Shown here: positions 12,299 through 25,172 of the stretch, piece by piece | Layout: every line of letters starts with the position of its first letter | How positions within the stretch are numbered: the first letter of the stretch is position 1 | Notes under the pieces: generated by a model | Told to the model about the DNA's origin: nothing | Database searches by the model: none | The model's input: only the letters and a program-made list of their open reading frames with translations | Assembly (NCBI RefSeq): GCF_023055435.1 | Contig: NW_025963791.1 | Span: 33,294,001 to 33,358,000 of the forward strand | Source: Haliotis rufescens | Lineage: Eukaryota | Length of the DNA stretch: 64,000 bases | Reading direction: 5' to 3' | Made by a program: the position numbers and the translations under genes

Positions 12299-15139
12299 CT
12301 ACAAGAAGTTGATTTCGTGTATCTGACGTCCACCACAAACATACAGTGTGTCATGTCTATCGACATACAATCCTTGTGGATCACAGTCAATGTCCTGATG
12401 ATCTGTGACATCATCCCCTGCCTCTGTCAGCCTTGTAACCTCACTGATGCCTGCAACCAGGATGTCTCCTGTTGGAGTAGTTGAGATACCATGAGGGTAG
12501 CTGAGTGCTCTGTCTCGAGTAGGGGCGTATCTCCAGACAACATCCCCCTCTGACGTCACACATTTCACAGACCTCTCCCCCCTGTCCGACACGAGTATGT
12601 TGCCCTTGTTGTTGACACACATGTACCGGGGGAAGGCAAACAGTGTCTCATTGTTGTGTGTAGCAACTGACCTCAGCACGTCTCCAGCCATGTCCAGGAT
12701 ATCAACACAGGCGCTTCCACCTGCTGCTAGAGATGAGGGACTCAGAACAGCGAGACTGAAGTACCTCTTGCTTATTGTGATGGTTGAGAGCAGCTCCAGG
12801 TCAGGGGTCACTTCTACTGTTACAATCTGACTGGAGTCAGGGACAGCAACCATCACCTGCTTCTCCTTCAACTGTGTTGCACCACATGGAGAGTCACCCA
12901 GGGGAAGTGTACTGTGGCATGCCAAGTTGTTTCTAGTGTAGAAGGATTTCACACACTTGTTATTGAAGTCAGTGACTACAACTGTCTGTATGTCATCTAC
13001 AACCAGAACTGTGATGTCACGTAGACCAGGCTCCACCTCATCGCCCGCAATCCTCCCATATATCGTGTCAACTCGCACTGGAGGCGGCAGACATGTGCCC
13101 TGATCCTGGTATGTGACGTCAATCTCCCCCAGCTGTAGGTCATCTAGGATGTGCTGGACGTTGTCAGTGTCAGGTGTAAACCTGATGTCATCTATTCTCC
13201 ATGTGTCTGCTGTGTCTGTGTCCCTGACATCCCCCAACTCTACAGCCCCCGACTCCCAGGCCTGATACGCGTCATACAGGTCCATCTCACAGTCCGATAT
13301 CAAGGCTTGGTCAATGAACTCACAATGTTGTTTGTACATCTGCGTCTCAATCTCTTCAAGTTTAACATCCACTTTAATTTCCTGAATTTGTTTGTCTGTA
13401 ATATCCCTGACTTTATTTATCAGCTGTTTTTGTTTCTGCTTGATGTTGGCTATGGCTCTCTTAACAACAGATTTGATATCCTTTTCTGCTGCTGCTGTTT
13501 TTCTCAATTCCGCTCATGTTTTTGTTTGTTTTCTTAACAATTGTATGTTTTCTAAGTATTTTCTTTGATAACTGTTCCGCGCTTTTTCTCAAGTGGTATT
13601 TCATAGTTGGCATCATTGACTGAATGGTAATGACAGACTCACATTGCCTGTGGTAAATAACACAACATGTCGGACACACGACTTTGTGGCAGTCTTTACA
13701 CACAATCTTTATAACCTCATATTTGTGTTCCCTGCACATGACCTTGCGCCTCCTCTTCACCTTGACCTCTCCTGAAAGGTCACAGATTTCATGGTCATGT
13801 GATGCTGGACTTGCACGATGTATCTTGACACATCTTTCGCAGAGGGACACTTGACACTCAGAACACCATGAGGCTCCCGGAGTTGTCTCCCCTAACTTCT
13901 CACACACAGAGCAACATGAAGCGGAATCTGTAAGTGGACATTTCTATGGTAAATGGAGATATCATAACTGTCTTACAATAATTACGAGATAGAAAATTCA
14001 GGAAAAAGTGTTCTGTTTTAAAGTTATTAACAGGGCTTCCGGTATTGGTTTGGTGATAAAGTCTTGGCTTGTCAGGGTGATTTGATATTCTTGTGTGTGG
14101 GGAAGAGGGGTGGATTTTGGGAGCCTAGGGTTTGATCGAAAACTTAAACAATTGCATGAGAAAATGCTTGAATAAAAGTTTGATGCTTGAGACATTGGCT
14201 GCCATAAATTTACACTGTTAATAATTTTATGCAGGCTTATAGTTCTGATCAAAATGAAACCGACGTTTTGATATGGGATTTTGTATTGAGATTAGATATT
14301 TTCTGCCCCAGCTACAGAAACTGATACTTAAAAAATATTATAATAATTTATATATATCTTTCAGCCTGAATTTGTTTTAAGAAACAAGTACTGGCAATTT
14401 ATTTTCAACAATTTGAAGCATAATTATGTTTTTGAACAACATTTTTGGGAGAAGATATTTTTTCGATAATATCCCCGCCTAAACCCAACCCCTGAGAACA
14501 TCAAATGACTGCTCCCTTACAATTACCTTTACATATTGTAGACATGTCTAGCTATTTTGTTTTCAAGAGCATTATCGATCACCTCGTCACAATAACTGAT
14601 ATATATATATACTAGTATTAATATAAATTATGTCCCCATCATATTCAATGTTAATAATGAACATGTTAATAAGTTGTATCATAGCTAAAATATATAGTAC
14701 ACCTTTCTTCAAGTGCTTTGGATACAGTAGAGACATGCTTTTGATTGATAAATGTGTGTTTTCTGGTGTTTATTTGAGTCAATTGTTATCGTTGTATTTA
14801 AAAAACACAAAATGACATTAAAATGCACATGTTATCAATACCCGTTTTGACAAAGCCAGCTTGTGTGTCTATCAGCCCCTGTATAATGATGCTGGGTTTG
14901 ATCTGCCCCGCCCACTCCTCCACTGGCCGGCTGGTGTCGGGGACCTTGGTATCTTGTCGACAGAAGGCACAGGGGATCGTCTTGGACTGTACAGCATCTG
15001 GTCTGGTTTGGATGTATGCAGTGACACATTTCCTGCAAAATGTGTGATCACACCTCAGTGTACAGGGATCTGTGTACAGTTCCTGGCAGATCACACAGGT
15101 GAGGAATTCTCTCACTTCCCCAATCTGGTATAAAGCCAT
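12299..15139 (-). pseudogene. TRIM-NHL gene 1 (RING, two B-boxes, coiled coil, NHL-like beta-propeller) with a frameshift in the coiled coil
   Basis: Exon 15139-14842 (C3HC4 RING CVICQELYTDPCTLRCDHTFCRKC...CAFC), phase-1 intron, exon 13927-12299. It has 10 nt (TGCTGCTGCT) where gene 2 has 12 nt near 13490, giving a premature TAA at 13461-13463; the rest of the frame is intact. Confidence 0.85.
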
Positions 15140-15444
15140 CTGGAAAACAAGATTGAAGGTCACAAGTATCATTTTTCCACTGTTCAAAAAATATAACTTT
15201 GGTTGGCTTTGGTTGGCACACACTGACTAATGTTGTTGAGAGCCACTTCGGACTTACCAAGCCGTTCAAAGAGTGATAACACCAAACTTATTCACGTGTT
15301 GAGTGCATCATTTAATATGTTGAAACGTCTATTATTCGATGTCAAACGTGTAGTTTGTCTCTGAGAAGTCAATGTTGTTTCTATGCCGAAACAACATCAC
15401 GTGTCAACTACACAATAGCGATCAGTATTATATGTAGAGTGTCG

Positions 15445-15880
15445 ACCAGGCAAACCAACTGCTGACATCATGAGCATCGAATCACCTCACCAGGGTACGA
15501 TTAGACACAGTCAGTCAGGTCTCACATTGTAACAAACGGTTCATATATGAAATTGTCGCTCTTGTGAATTCTTGTTCCAAATTTGATGGCGTTTTTGTGT
15601 CAAACAGGCAAACTCACAGCTGCTGATGTGACGAGCATGGAGTCAAGACGCCAGGGTACGATTAGACAGTCAGCCAGGTCTCACATTGTAACAAACGGTT
15701 CATATATGAAATTGTCGCTCTTGTGAATTCTTGTTCCAAATTTGATGGCGTTTTTGTGTCAAACAGGCAAACTCACAGCTGCTGATGTGGCGAGCATGGA
15801 GTCAAGACGTCGGGGTACGATTAGACAGTCAGCCAGGTCTCACATTGTAACAAACGGTTCAAATTGAGTCACTCTTGTGA
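15445..15880. repeat. ~160-bp tandem repeat, ~2.5 copies, in the presumed 5'UTR intron of TRIM gene 1
   Basis: CAGGGTACGATTAGAC recurs at 15492, 15652 and ~15811. Confidence 0.85.
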
Positions 15881-16509
15881 TAAGACTTGACATATATATT
15901 CAGCCGCAAGTGGGGTAGTCTCTCAATAAATCAGACTTTAATATTCTGGTAAAATCAACTGGACGATTTAACCAAAAACTGATAAAAATGTGTTCCCAAA
16001 ATGACTATACATAGTGCTATAGGAATACATTATTCTACATATATTGATATCACACTAAGCAAAGCTCATTGAACTCATTATCAAATAACTTACTGGCTCT
16101 GTTGTTAAAAACAAAGTTTTTGTTTCCACACAATTAAGGATTTACCTTGTAGAGGTGAACTAATACTAAATACATGAATTATTGTGTCAATATGAGATGA
16201 GGCTTAATTAATGCCAATAAAGCTCACACATTGTCGTCATTATTTGAATTTTGAAAATCTAGCAACAGTCAGTATAAATGAATAAATTATTTTAACACCA
16301 AGCCTTGTGTATGTGTGTTTTTTTCTGGGAGAAGAGTTGTCAGTATTAGATCATATAATCGACAGCGTTGGGAATATTCAGTTAAATCTGCATTCGTCAT
16401 TTTCGTATTATCGAGTTGATGAATGTTGAGGTTAGTTGGTGTCCTTGTACTATAACTAAAGACTGTTCTGTAAACCTTAACCCGAATTATCACATGACGC
16501 AACAAGCAC

Positions 16510-16785
16510 TCCTAAATCTCACCAGTCTTGATTCGCCTCCACTGGATACCGGCCTCAGTAAGGATCGAACATAAGATCCTGAGTATCGCCTACCGACGTA
16601 TTAAAGGCTCAGCTCTATCATACCTTTTGAGTTTAGTGAGAGAATGTGTACCATCTAGATACCCCAGATCGACCAGCGTCTCAATGCTCACCATACCACC
16701 AACATGTGACCACAGACGCTGTTCCTCCACATTTGCTTCTCATTGGAACAATCAACCTCTCACTATCAAAAATACTTGGTCAATC
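16510..16785 (+). mobile_element. Degraded L2/CR1-group LINE ORF2 C-terminal fragment
   Basis: LHWIPASVRIEHKILSIAYRRIKGSALSYL...PSRYPRS...WNNQP matches the LHWLP..RI.FK...AP.YL...P.R.LRS...WN.LP signature. Confidence 0.8.
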
Positions 16786-16796
16786 AAGCTGATACT

Positions 16797-16985
16797 GTCC
16801 TGCCGCAATTTAACAAGAATACTCAGGCACAGTATACTGACTCCGAGCCGACCAGTCCTTGTTTTAGCCTCTCATTACCGAGCGCCAGACAGGGTAATGA
16901 CAAGTACCATCTTTTAACGTCTTTTGGTATGACGCGGCCGGGACTCGAATCCTGGACGCTCCTCCACTAGAACACGGAGGCGGTC
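16797..16985 (-). mobile_element. SINE family B, partial with internal deletion
   Basis: Shares CAGTATACTGACTCCGAGCCGACCAGTCC...GGTATGACGCGGCCGGG with other copies. Confidence 0.85.
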
Positions 16986-17276
16986 ACATAGCCACTGAGC
17001 AAGACATCAACAAAGAGTCTTTTTCCTGATATTCTCTGTGTATTACAATGTCTGTTTATTCAATGTTTGCAAATGCTGAGTGGCCAACATACTATGGTAA
17101 AATCCAAGTACATATTGCCATAACAACTACGGCTTGACATGTAGGATAGCTCCATGAGATTGTAATTTGTTTCATGCAAAGGTTGCACATGTTATCAGAA
17201 AGAGTGACGTCATAAATCGGTAACACGATTGAACAAACAAATAACTCAAACATTTCATTGGATGTTATAGTGTAAT

Positions 17277-17392
17277 GGGCCCCGTTCCACAAAACGTTCC
17301 ATCTGAGCGCTATGACGACCGTAAGCCTACGTATTTTTAAGTATTGGAGTTACAATCACCTCAACGCTAAGGTCACTTTGTGTAACGGGGCT
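17277..17392. mobile_element. Small (~115 bp) MITE; related copy at ~56147-56258
   Basis: Imperfect TIRs GGGCCCGTTCCACAAA / TTTGTGTAACGGGGCT. Confidence 0.6.
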
Positions 17393-17429
17393 CAGGTACA
17401 CACAGAAGAGATGACGAGGCCTGCACTGG

Positions 17430-18142
17430 GTCACCAGTTTATATCTGGAGAGATAGTGACGTTGTGGCCTATAACAGTATTATGCATGTGGTTGCCAGCT
17501 GTCTCCTGTGTCACCAGTTTATACCTGGAGAGAGAGAGAGTGACACCGTGGCCTATAACAGTAATGCATATGTGGGTACCAGCTGTGTCCTGTGTCACCA
17601 GTTTATATCTGGAGATAGTGACGCTGTGGCCTATAACAGTATTGTGCATGTGGCTTCCAGCTGTGACCTGTGTCACCAGTTCATATCTGGAGAGAGAGTG
17701 ACGCTGTGGCCTATACCAGAATTGTGCATGTGGCTTCCAGCTGTGTCCTCTGTCACCAGTATATCTTGAGAGATAGTGACGCTGTGGCCTATAATATTAT
17801 TGTGCATGTGGTTGCCAGCTGTGTCCTGTGTCACCAGTTTATATCTGGAGAGAGTGACGCTGTGGCCTATATCAGTATTGTGCATGTTGCTACCAGCTGT
17901 GTCCTGTGTCACCAGTTTATATCTGGAGAGATAGTGTCGCTGTGGCCTATAACAGTATCGTGCATGTGGTTGCCAGCTGTGTCCTGTGTCACCAGTTTAT
18001 ATCTGGAGAGAGTGACGCTTTGGCCTATAACAGTATTGTGCATTTGGCTACCAGCTGTGTCCTGTGTCACCAGTTTATATCTGGAGAGAGTGACGCTTTG
18101 GCCTATAACAGTATTGTACATTTGGCTTTTAGCTCTGCCTTG
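17430..18142. repeat. 78-84-bp minisatellite, ~9 units
   Basis: GTCACCAGT recurs at 17430, 17510, 17594, 17672, 17752, 17830, 17908, 17988, 18066. Confidence 0.95.
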
Positions 18143-18644
18143 TGCGATACGCATTTTTGATAAGATGGAAAGTGTTATCCATGCAATAAACTATTCGATA
18201 TATTTGGTATCACGATCCCATTAACGTGCAAATTATCGGCGAACAGGTACAACTTTTAATCTCCATACATCGATACAATATCTGCTTGATCTGTAACTTA
18301 TAGACGAATGTTCGATGTAGGTTTAAAAAGGGTTTTTTTCCGATATCATATCATATATCCATATTCATACGCGGTTTCTGAAGTTGAGTGAAATAGGTGG
18401 AAAATTGAACATCATTGATTGAGATTATTGTAAGAATGGCATGACAGGGTAAAAAGATTACCCTCGTGTGACTCCGAATTCTAAATATCAAATATGAGCA
18501 ATATACGACGTTTGGTATGCTCGTTACAGGGTCGAACAATTAATTTTTTTCCTTATATAAATTATGATATTTATGATATAAGGAAACACACTCATGTATT
18601 GTTCTCTATTACACAGATGTTTCGCAATCTGTGTTTTTGTGTTG

Positions 18645-18832
18645 TTGTTGTTTAAATTCGCACTGTGAACTATTCCAGTTACATGACGGCGGTCTGTAAA
18701 TTATCGCGTTTGGACAAAACAATGCAGTGACTGACATCATTAGCATCGATCTAGGCAATTAGGACACGGTGACATGACACATACGACAAGCATTGATTGC
18801 TGAAGACCCATTCTAACACGGATCTCCACGGG
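18645..18832 (-). mobile_element. SINE-like family D, degraded copy
   Basis: Similar to 52060-52325 (GGCGGTCTGTAAA..CTGGACCA..CAATCCAGTGA..GACATCATGAGCATCGATC..TTCACGGG); further remnants at ~3240-3375, ~27505-27670, ~34215-34350, ~61655-61740. Confidence 0.7.
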
Positions 18833-21800
18833 GAACACATATATGCATGTGCTACTTATACATGCCATTATATACTGGTACAAATCAAGTTATTATACAG
18901 GAACTTTTAATACGAGGGACTTTTTGTGAAAATATTTTGCATAAATGTTACAGCGTCCTATGTTGGCATGACATATTGCGTTGAACTGACAGGTTGTTGT
19001 ATGGAGGCAGTACATACACTGGTGTATAGATGAAAAAAAGGATAATGCATCATTCCTGCAGCTTTAGGCAATATTGATAAAAACTCTTCATATATGAAAT
19101 ACAATAAAGGAAGATACGAGTATTAGGGTCTGGTCGTGAAATGGGTGTTCCCAACGACAAGAGCTACGATAACGAATGTTTACAAAAGACACATGCAATT
19201 ACCTTGCCAGTTCTCCTATGAGCATTGTAATGTCAAGAGCCTATCAACAGCGAAAGTAGAGCTGCAGTTCTGTGCACACAGTAGGACCAGAGTTCACTCT
19301 CTACAACTATGTATCTAGAGGCGGTTACCGTATCGCCTCATCCATTCATATTATAGAAACAGTTGGTCTATATGTCTCTTCTGAGGGATGCGGGATGACC
19401 CGTTAGAAAATGATTTACACTTCTTGATCTCCGGTTGGCTAAAAATAATAAAATATATATTTAATGTCTTAACTCTTCCTAAATCATTTTAACATAGTAA
19501 ACACGTAAATTAGTCATTCGAACTATTTTAGCTTTTAGTTTTACAAGTCGTCACTTCCTTAATTAACCCGTCTTGATTATCATGAGTTCGTTTTCGTCAA
19601 CATATACAGTGAGTCTCTTGTGTAGGATTAATACACTGTCACAATTTGTTTTCTCAAACACACTCTTATAACATATGTTATAGACCCTGGAAGTGATCTT
19701 AACTTTGTTATAGATGAAGCTTGAGGCATTTGACTTTCTGACTTTAAAAGGGCAACAATACTCCAACTTTCTGATGTGACGTTAAATTTAAACTCACTTA
19801 CTCAGCAGATTCCAATAAGCAAGTCAAACAAGTCAAGGTTATAGTCCATTATATGGAAACTCTGAATCTGTGAAAAAAAGCCATCCACTTCTCAATACTT
19901 TCAACATTGGAGTGTTGTTGTCCTATAAAGTTGTCCTGCACTAGATAACGTTAGGTCTGAAAGATGAACACAGATATTGGTAAGGTCAGCTGTCATCTAA
20001 TTTGGTGAAGTCCAAATGATTCTGGTTATATTGTTGCTGGTGGCGAAAAGGTTAGGGAATTTAAGATAAGGTTGGGGTGGGTTTGCTTGCATTTTGGCAC
20101 GTAATGCAAACACCTGTTTAGTTGTTTTGTTGTAGTTGTGTGTGATGGCACAATGACTTAACCTGTCCCGGAGGTGCAGTATTTGGATACATTCCATGCC
20201 GGATCTGTGCTATAGGGAGACTTACGTAAGATCAAGTAAACAATACCGTGAACAAAAGTTATTATAATTGCATGCACAAATCTAATTGTGTTACTAGACG
20301 TCATATAATTGTTCCAGATTCCTTGACCATGTGCTTTGTTAGAATATTAAACAATTTTTCAAACCTAACACTTTGGTTTTAGTGTCATAATATGCTCATA
20401 ATATTTCAGACTCATACATTAAGCAGGTTGAAAACATAATTCGAACCTGAACAGACAGGTAGATGGCTTCTAGGCCTGAGATGAGTCCAAATTTACTACC
20501 CAGGTACCCGACCCCCTATTACCTGACCCTACCCAGGTACCCTACACCCTAGCCTGACCCGACCAGGGAACCTGCTGTAGGATTCGAGTAGGGTAGAAAT
20601 GCCTGATTAGAAATGTTTTACCGTAGCCCTGGCAAAACCCCTTGAGATACATGTATAAACGAACTGATCATGCATACACTGAAATTGACTGAAGCTTTAC
20701 CTTTACTCAGATATATAAAAGTCAGAAGGAATACGTGGATCGACAGAAAGAAATAGGAAACATTAGTGATTTGTGGTGTAGCCATGGAGTTTTATTGTTA
20801 TTGAACAACATATCAAGTGACTAACCACGGGGCCGGGTGATCTTGTGGTACCCAGATCCAACCCAGCCCTAATGGCTAACAGCAGAAGTGTACGAGGTGT
20901 GATTCTGTTTAGAATTCTTCCAACCTCTTCAGCTGTAAAGAGTAATATCAAGTGTCTCCAGTGTATAAAAAGGTACAGCTGACCAGCTTCAGTGGCAGAG
21001 AAAAATGGTATGTCAGTTGATCGTGACGTCATGGTAACCGATGTCACACTGGTCTGCAAAACATTGTGAAGCAACTTTAATGCAGCGGTACCTCCTGTGG
21101 AATCCAGTTATGGATTAAGAATTGACTTCAATATTTTTGTGTTTATGGAGGTGTAAGTACATGACAGACAATGGTATAGTGTCATGTTTTTTATTTTTGA
21201 AAAATACATTCTGCTCTTGCTGAGTGTCAGTGCTTTTTAAAACGATCCAATGATTATGTGTGCCGTACAAATAAGAAAAAGAAATCAATTGAAGTTGTCT
21301 TTCAATGATTTCGATGATTTTATTTAAACTGGGGGCTGTGCATATTACGGGCGAGCCACCGCGAATTCCTACGACGTCAAAGCAAGTAGTTCGCTAGTGG
21401 GCGTGGGCTAATGTTGTTTTAGGTTAACCAATCTAATGAAATGGACTCACTTGCAATTTATTTATTTAAGAATTAACTTAACAATATTTATTGTGTTTAT
21501 GGGGGTATAAATCTAAAAGAAACTTGTGTGCATACCATGCGTTAATCTGCGTATAAAACGCAAATACATTTTATAAGGCGACAATAACAACTTCAAAGGC
21601 TGTCTGTTAAGTCATTAACACAAACAAAGAGTATACGATTCAAAATATGACACTGTACAGCGCAATAGTGCAACACAAGATCTGCCAACTTTATTATCAG
21701 CCAGTCATGAAACAAATCCGAGGGTGTGCGTGGCCTAATGTTTTTTTCAGTTTATGCAGAGTAAACTTAATCTATTTTATGGTCTCTGATTATGGAGCTG

Positions 21801-22582
21801 ACGCAAAACAATAATTTCATTTTTAGCCAAACACTAACATGGAATCACTTACGGTTTATTTTTTGACAATTGAACAATGAAATGTACTATGCCTACAACA
21901 CTATTATAATCAGTATAGATATGGACACAATTACACAATTGTAGAAGTGTTCCTCCGTACAAGTATGATGCAGGAGCTATTTGTTATTAAGTGGCTCACC
22001 ATAACGTTCCACAAACCAAACTTCATGACATCACAAACATCCTACATGGAACACCTTATCTTCTATCTAGTAAAGTAAAAACATTCTATGACCACGGTGC
22101 AATGGACCACGTACCTAACATGCTATTGAATGGAGCTGGGACGAGTCCAAATCTACACCCCGGGTAACCAACCCGGCCCGGGAACCCGCAGATGGTCTCA
22201 AGAGTTGGGAACTCATTAGTGTCATTAAACAATATATCAAGTGACCATCCACAGGTCCAAGAAGTCATTTGAGCACTTCAATAACAAGTAAGCCATATCA
22301 TATCCACTAAAAATAGAGTGAAGTATTGGTATCTCTTAAGCAGATTGGAATTAAACCACGGGGTTTTCGCCTTCCCGGCCGACACCGTACTTACTGGAAC
22401 ATGGAGGCGATTGAATAAAGAGAACCAGGTTGCTTAACACACAATGTGATGTGTTAATGATGTGGAAATAATGTCTGTGGTATCATCATTCACACCGAAA
22501 TCGGAAGATTCCATTTTAAGTTGTTATAGTGCATTTAACACCAGGGATAGTGATGATTTAAATCATGCAGTGGTTGATGCGA

Positions 22583-25172
22583 CTACATGAAGTTGATTTC
22601 GTGTATTTGACCTCGACCACAAACATACAGTGTGTCATGTCTATCGACATACAATCCATATGGATCACAGCCAATGTCCTGATGATCTGTGACATAACCC
22701 CCTGTCTCTGTCAGCCGTATCACCTTGTTACTGTCTGCAACCAGGATGTCTCCAGTTGTAGTAGTTGAAATACCATAAGGGTCGCTGAGTGCTCTGTCTC
22801 CAGTAGGGGCGTATCTCCACACAACATGCCCCTCTGACGTCACACATGTCACAGACTGCTCCCCCCTGTCAGACACGAGTATGTTGCCCTTGTTGTTGAC
22901 ACACATGTAGAAGAGGGGGGCAAACAGTGTCTCATTGTTGTGTGTAGTGACTGACCTCAGCACGTGTCCCGCCATGTCCAGGATATCAACACAGTTCCAA
23001 GTACCTGCTGCTAGAGATGAAGGACTCAGAACAGCGAGACTGTAGTAGTCCATGCTTGTTGTGATGGTTGAGAGCAGCACCAGGTCAGGGGTCACTTCTA
23101 CTGTTACAATCTCACTGAATTCAGGGACAGCAACCATCACCTGGTTCTCCTTCAACTGTGTTAGACCACGTGGAGAGTTATCCAGGGGAAGTTTACTGTG
23201 ACATGGTTGATTTTTTCCAATGTAGAAAGATTTCACACACTTGTTATTGAAGTCAGTGACTACAACTGTCTGTATACCATTTACAACCAGGACTGTGATG
23301 TCACGTAGAGCAGGCTCCGCCTCATCGCCAGCCATCTCCCCATCTATCACGTCAATCAGCACTGGAGACGGCAGACATGTGCCCTGATCCTGGTATGTGA
23401 CGTCAATCTTCCCCAGCTGTAGGTCATCTAGGATGTGCTGGACGTTGTCAGTGTCAGGTGTGAACCTGATGTCATCTATTCTCCGTGTGTCTGCTGTGTC
23501 TGTGTCCCTGACATCCCCCAACTCTACAGCCCCCGACTCCCAGGCCTGATACGCGTCATACAGGTCCATCTCACAGTCCGATGCCAAGGCCTGGTCAATG
23601 AACTCACAATGTTGTCTGTACATCTGTATCTCAATCTCTTCAAGTTTTACATCTGCTTTAAGTTCCTCAGTTTGTTTGTCTGTAATATCCTTGAATTCTT
23701 TCATCAGCTGTTTTTCTTTCTGCTTGATGTTGGCTATGGCTCTCTCAACAGCAGATTTAATGTGATTTTCTACTGCTATTTTGTTTTTCTCAATTCCGCT
23801 AATTTTCTCGTCTGTTTTCTTAACAATTGTTTCTTTTCTATGTACTTTCTTTGATAACTGTTTAGCATGCCTTCTTAAATGGTATTTCAAGTTTGGCAAC
23901 ATTGCCTGAATGGTAACGACAGACTCACATTTCCTGTGGTAAACAACATAACATGTCTGACACACAGCTTTGTGGCAGTCTTTACAGACAAGCTTTATAA
24001 CCTCATCCTTGTGCTCCCTGCATATGAACTTGCGCCTCCTCTTCACCTTGACCTCTCCTGAAAGGTCACATATTTCATGGTCATGTGATGCTGGACTTGC
24101 ACGATGTATCTTGACACATCTTTCGCAGAGGGACACTTGACACTCAGAACACCATGAGGCTCCCGGAGTTGTCTCCCCTAACTTTTCACACACGGAGCAA
24201 CATGAAGCGGAACCTGTAAGTGGACATGTCTATAGTTATTTGACATATCAGGACAATATTTATATAAATTAGAAGATTGAGAATCCAGGTAAAATGACCC
24301 CCTCTCACCTATTTTCAGTGCACGAAAAGGGGGGTGGGTGTAGGCTTGGAGTTCAAGTGTTGGCTTGTCACACCGATGGGTTTGATGTGGAAGCCCCATA
24401 TTGGCATGATTGGCAGTGGCGTAAAACTGAACTCATTCACCCAGTTATGTACATGTAGTTTCAACAGGTACAATTACACTTATAAGTGTACAGTTCTGAT
24501 CACTATCATCACGGGCGGTGGGGAAGCCTAGTGGTTTAAGTGTTAGCCAGGTTTGATTCCCGACATGAGTAAAATGTGTGAACCCCATTTCTTGTGTCTC
24601 CCGCAGTGATCCGACGTCAAAATATTTATTGTAAATATGTCTATGCTGTGATTACAGTTAAGTCATGTTTGTAACAAATGTATATTTTCTGGAGTCGTTT
24701 AGTGGAGTCAATTGGTATCATTGAACATACTGTTAACAGCAATACTGTAATTATACTGCATGTTTAAACAAATAATGAGTACCCTTTAACATGCCTTCAT
24801 TACAAACATGATTCTTATTAATAGATTTCAGTTTGTGAAATGAATGTGTAATTCATAATGTAATAAACCATTACCTGTTTTGATAACGTCACCTTGTGTG
24901 TCAATCAGCCCCTGTATAATGATACTGGGTTTGATCTGCCCCGCCCACTCCTCCACTGGCCGGCTGGGGTGGGGAACCTTGGTATCTTGTCGACAGAAGG
25001 CACAGGGGATCGTCTTGGACTGTACAGCATCTGGTCTGGTTTGGATGTATCCTGTGACACATTTCCTGCAGAATGTGTGATCACACCTCAGTGTACAGGG
25101 GTCTGTGTACAGTTCCTGGCAGATCACACAGGTGAGGAATTCACTCACTTTCTCAATCTGGGATGTCGCCAT
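22583..25172 (-). CDS. TRIM-NHL gene 2, intact (642 aa): RING, B-box x2, coiled coil, NHL-like beta-propeller; putative E3 ubiquitin ligase
   Basis: Exon 25172-24875 (RING), phase-1 GT-AG intron, exon 24213-22583 (CSVC..WCSECQVSLCERCVKIH; CREHKDEVIKLVCKDCHKAVCQTC; NHL-like repeats GNILVSD, PYGISTTTTGDILVAD, PYGLYVDRHDTLYVC). Confidence 0.92.

Larger units (their letters stand above)
8850..13990. repeat. Segmental duplication block X (TRIM exon 2 plus ~3.4 kb 3' flank); paralogue at ~19490-24260
   Basis: Collinear near-identity, e.g. 8922-9125 vs 19563-19766 and 11805-12200 vs 22086-22480. Confidence 0.93.

Noticed and set aside
12597-13537. Antisense ORFs over TRIM exons (also over FUT and Tc1 coding regions)
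   Set aside because: Shadow ORFs of real coding sequence with no recognisable domains
17312-18224. Repetitive hydrophobic ORFs
   Set aside because: Minisatellite units of 78-84 bp shift frame between copies
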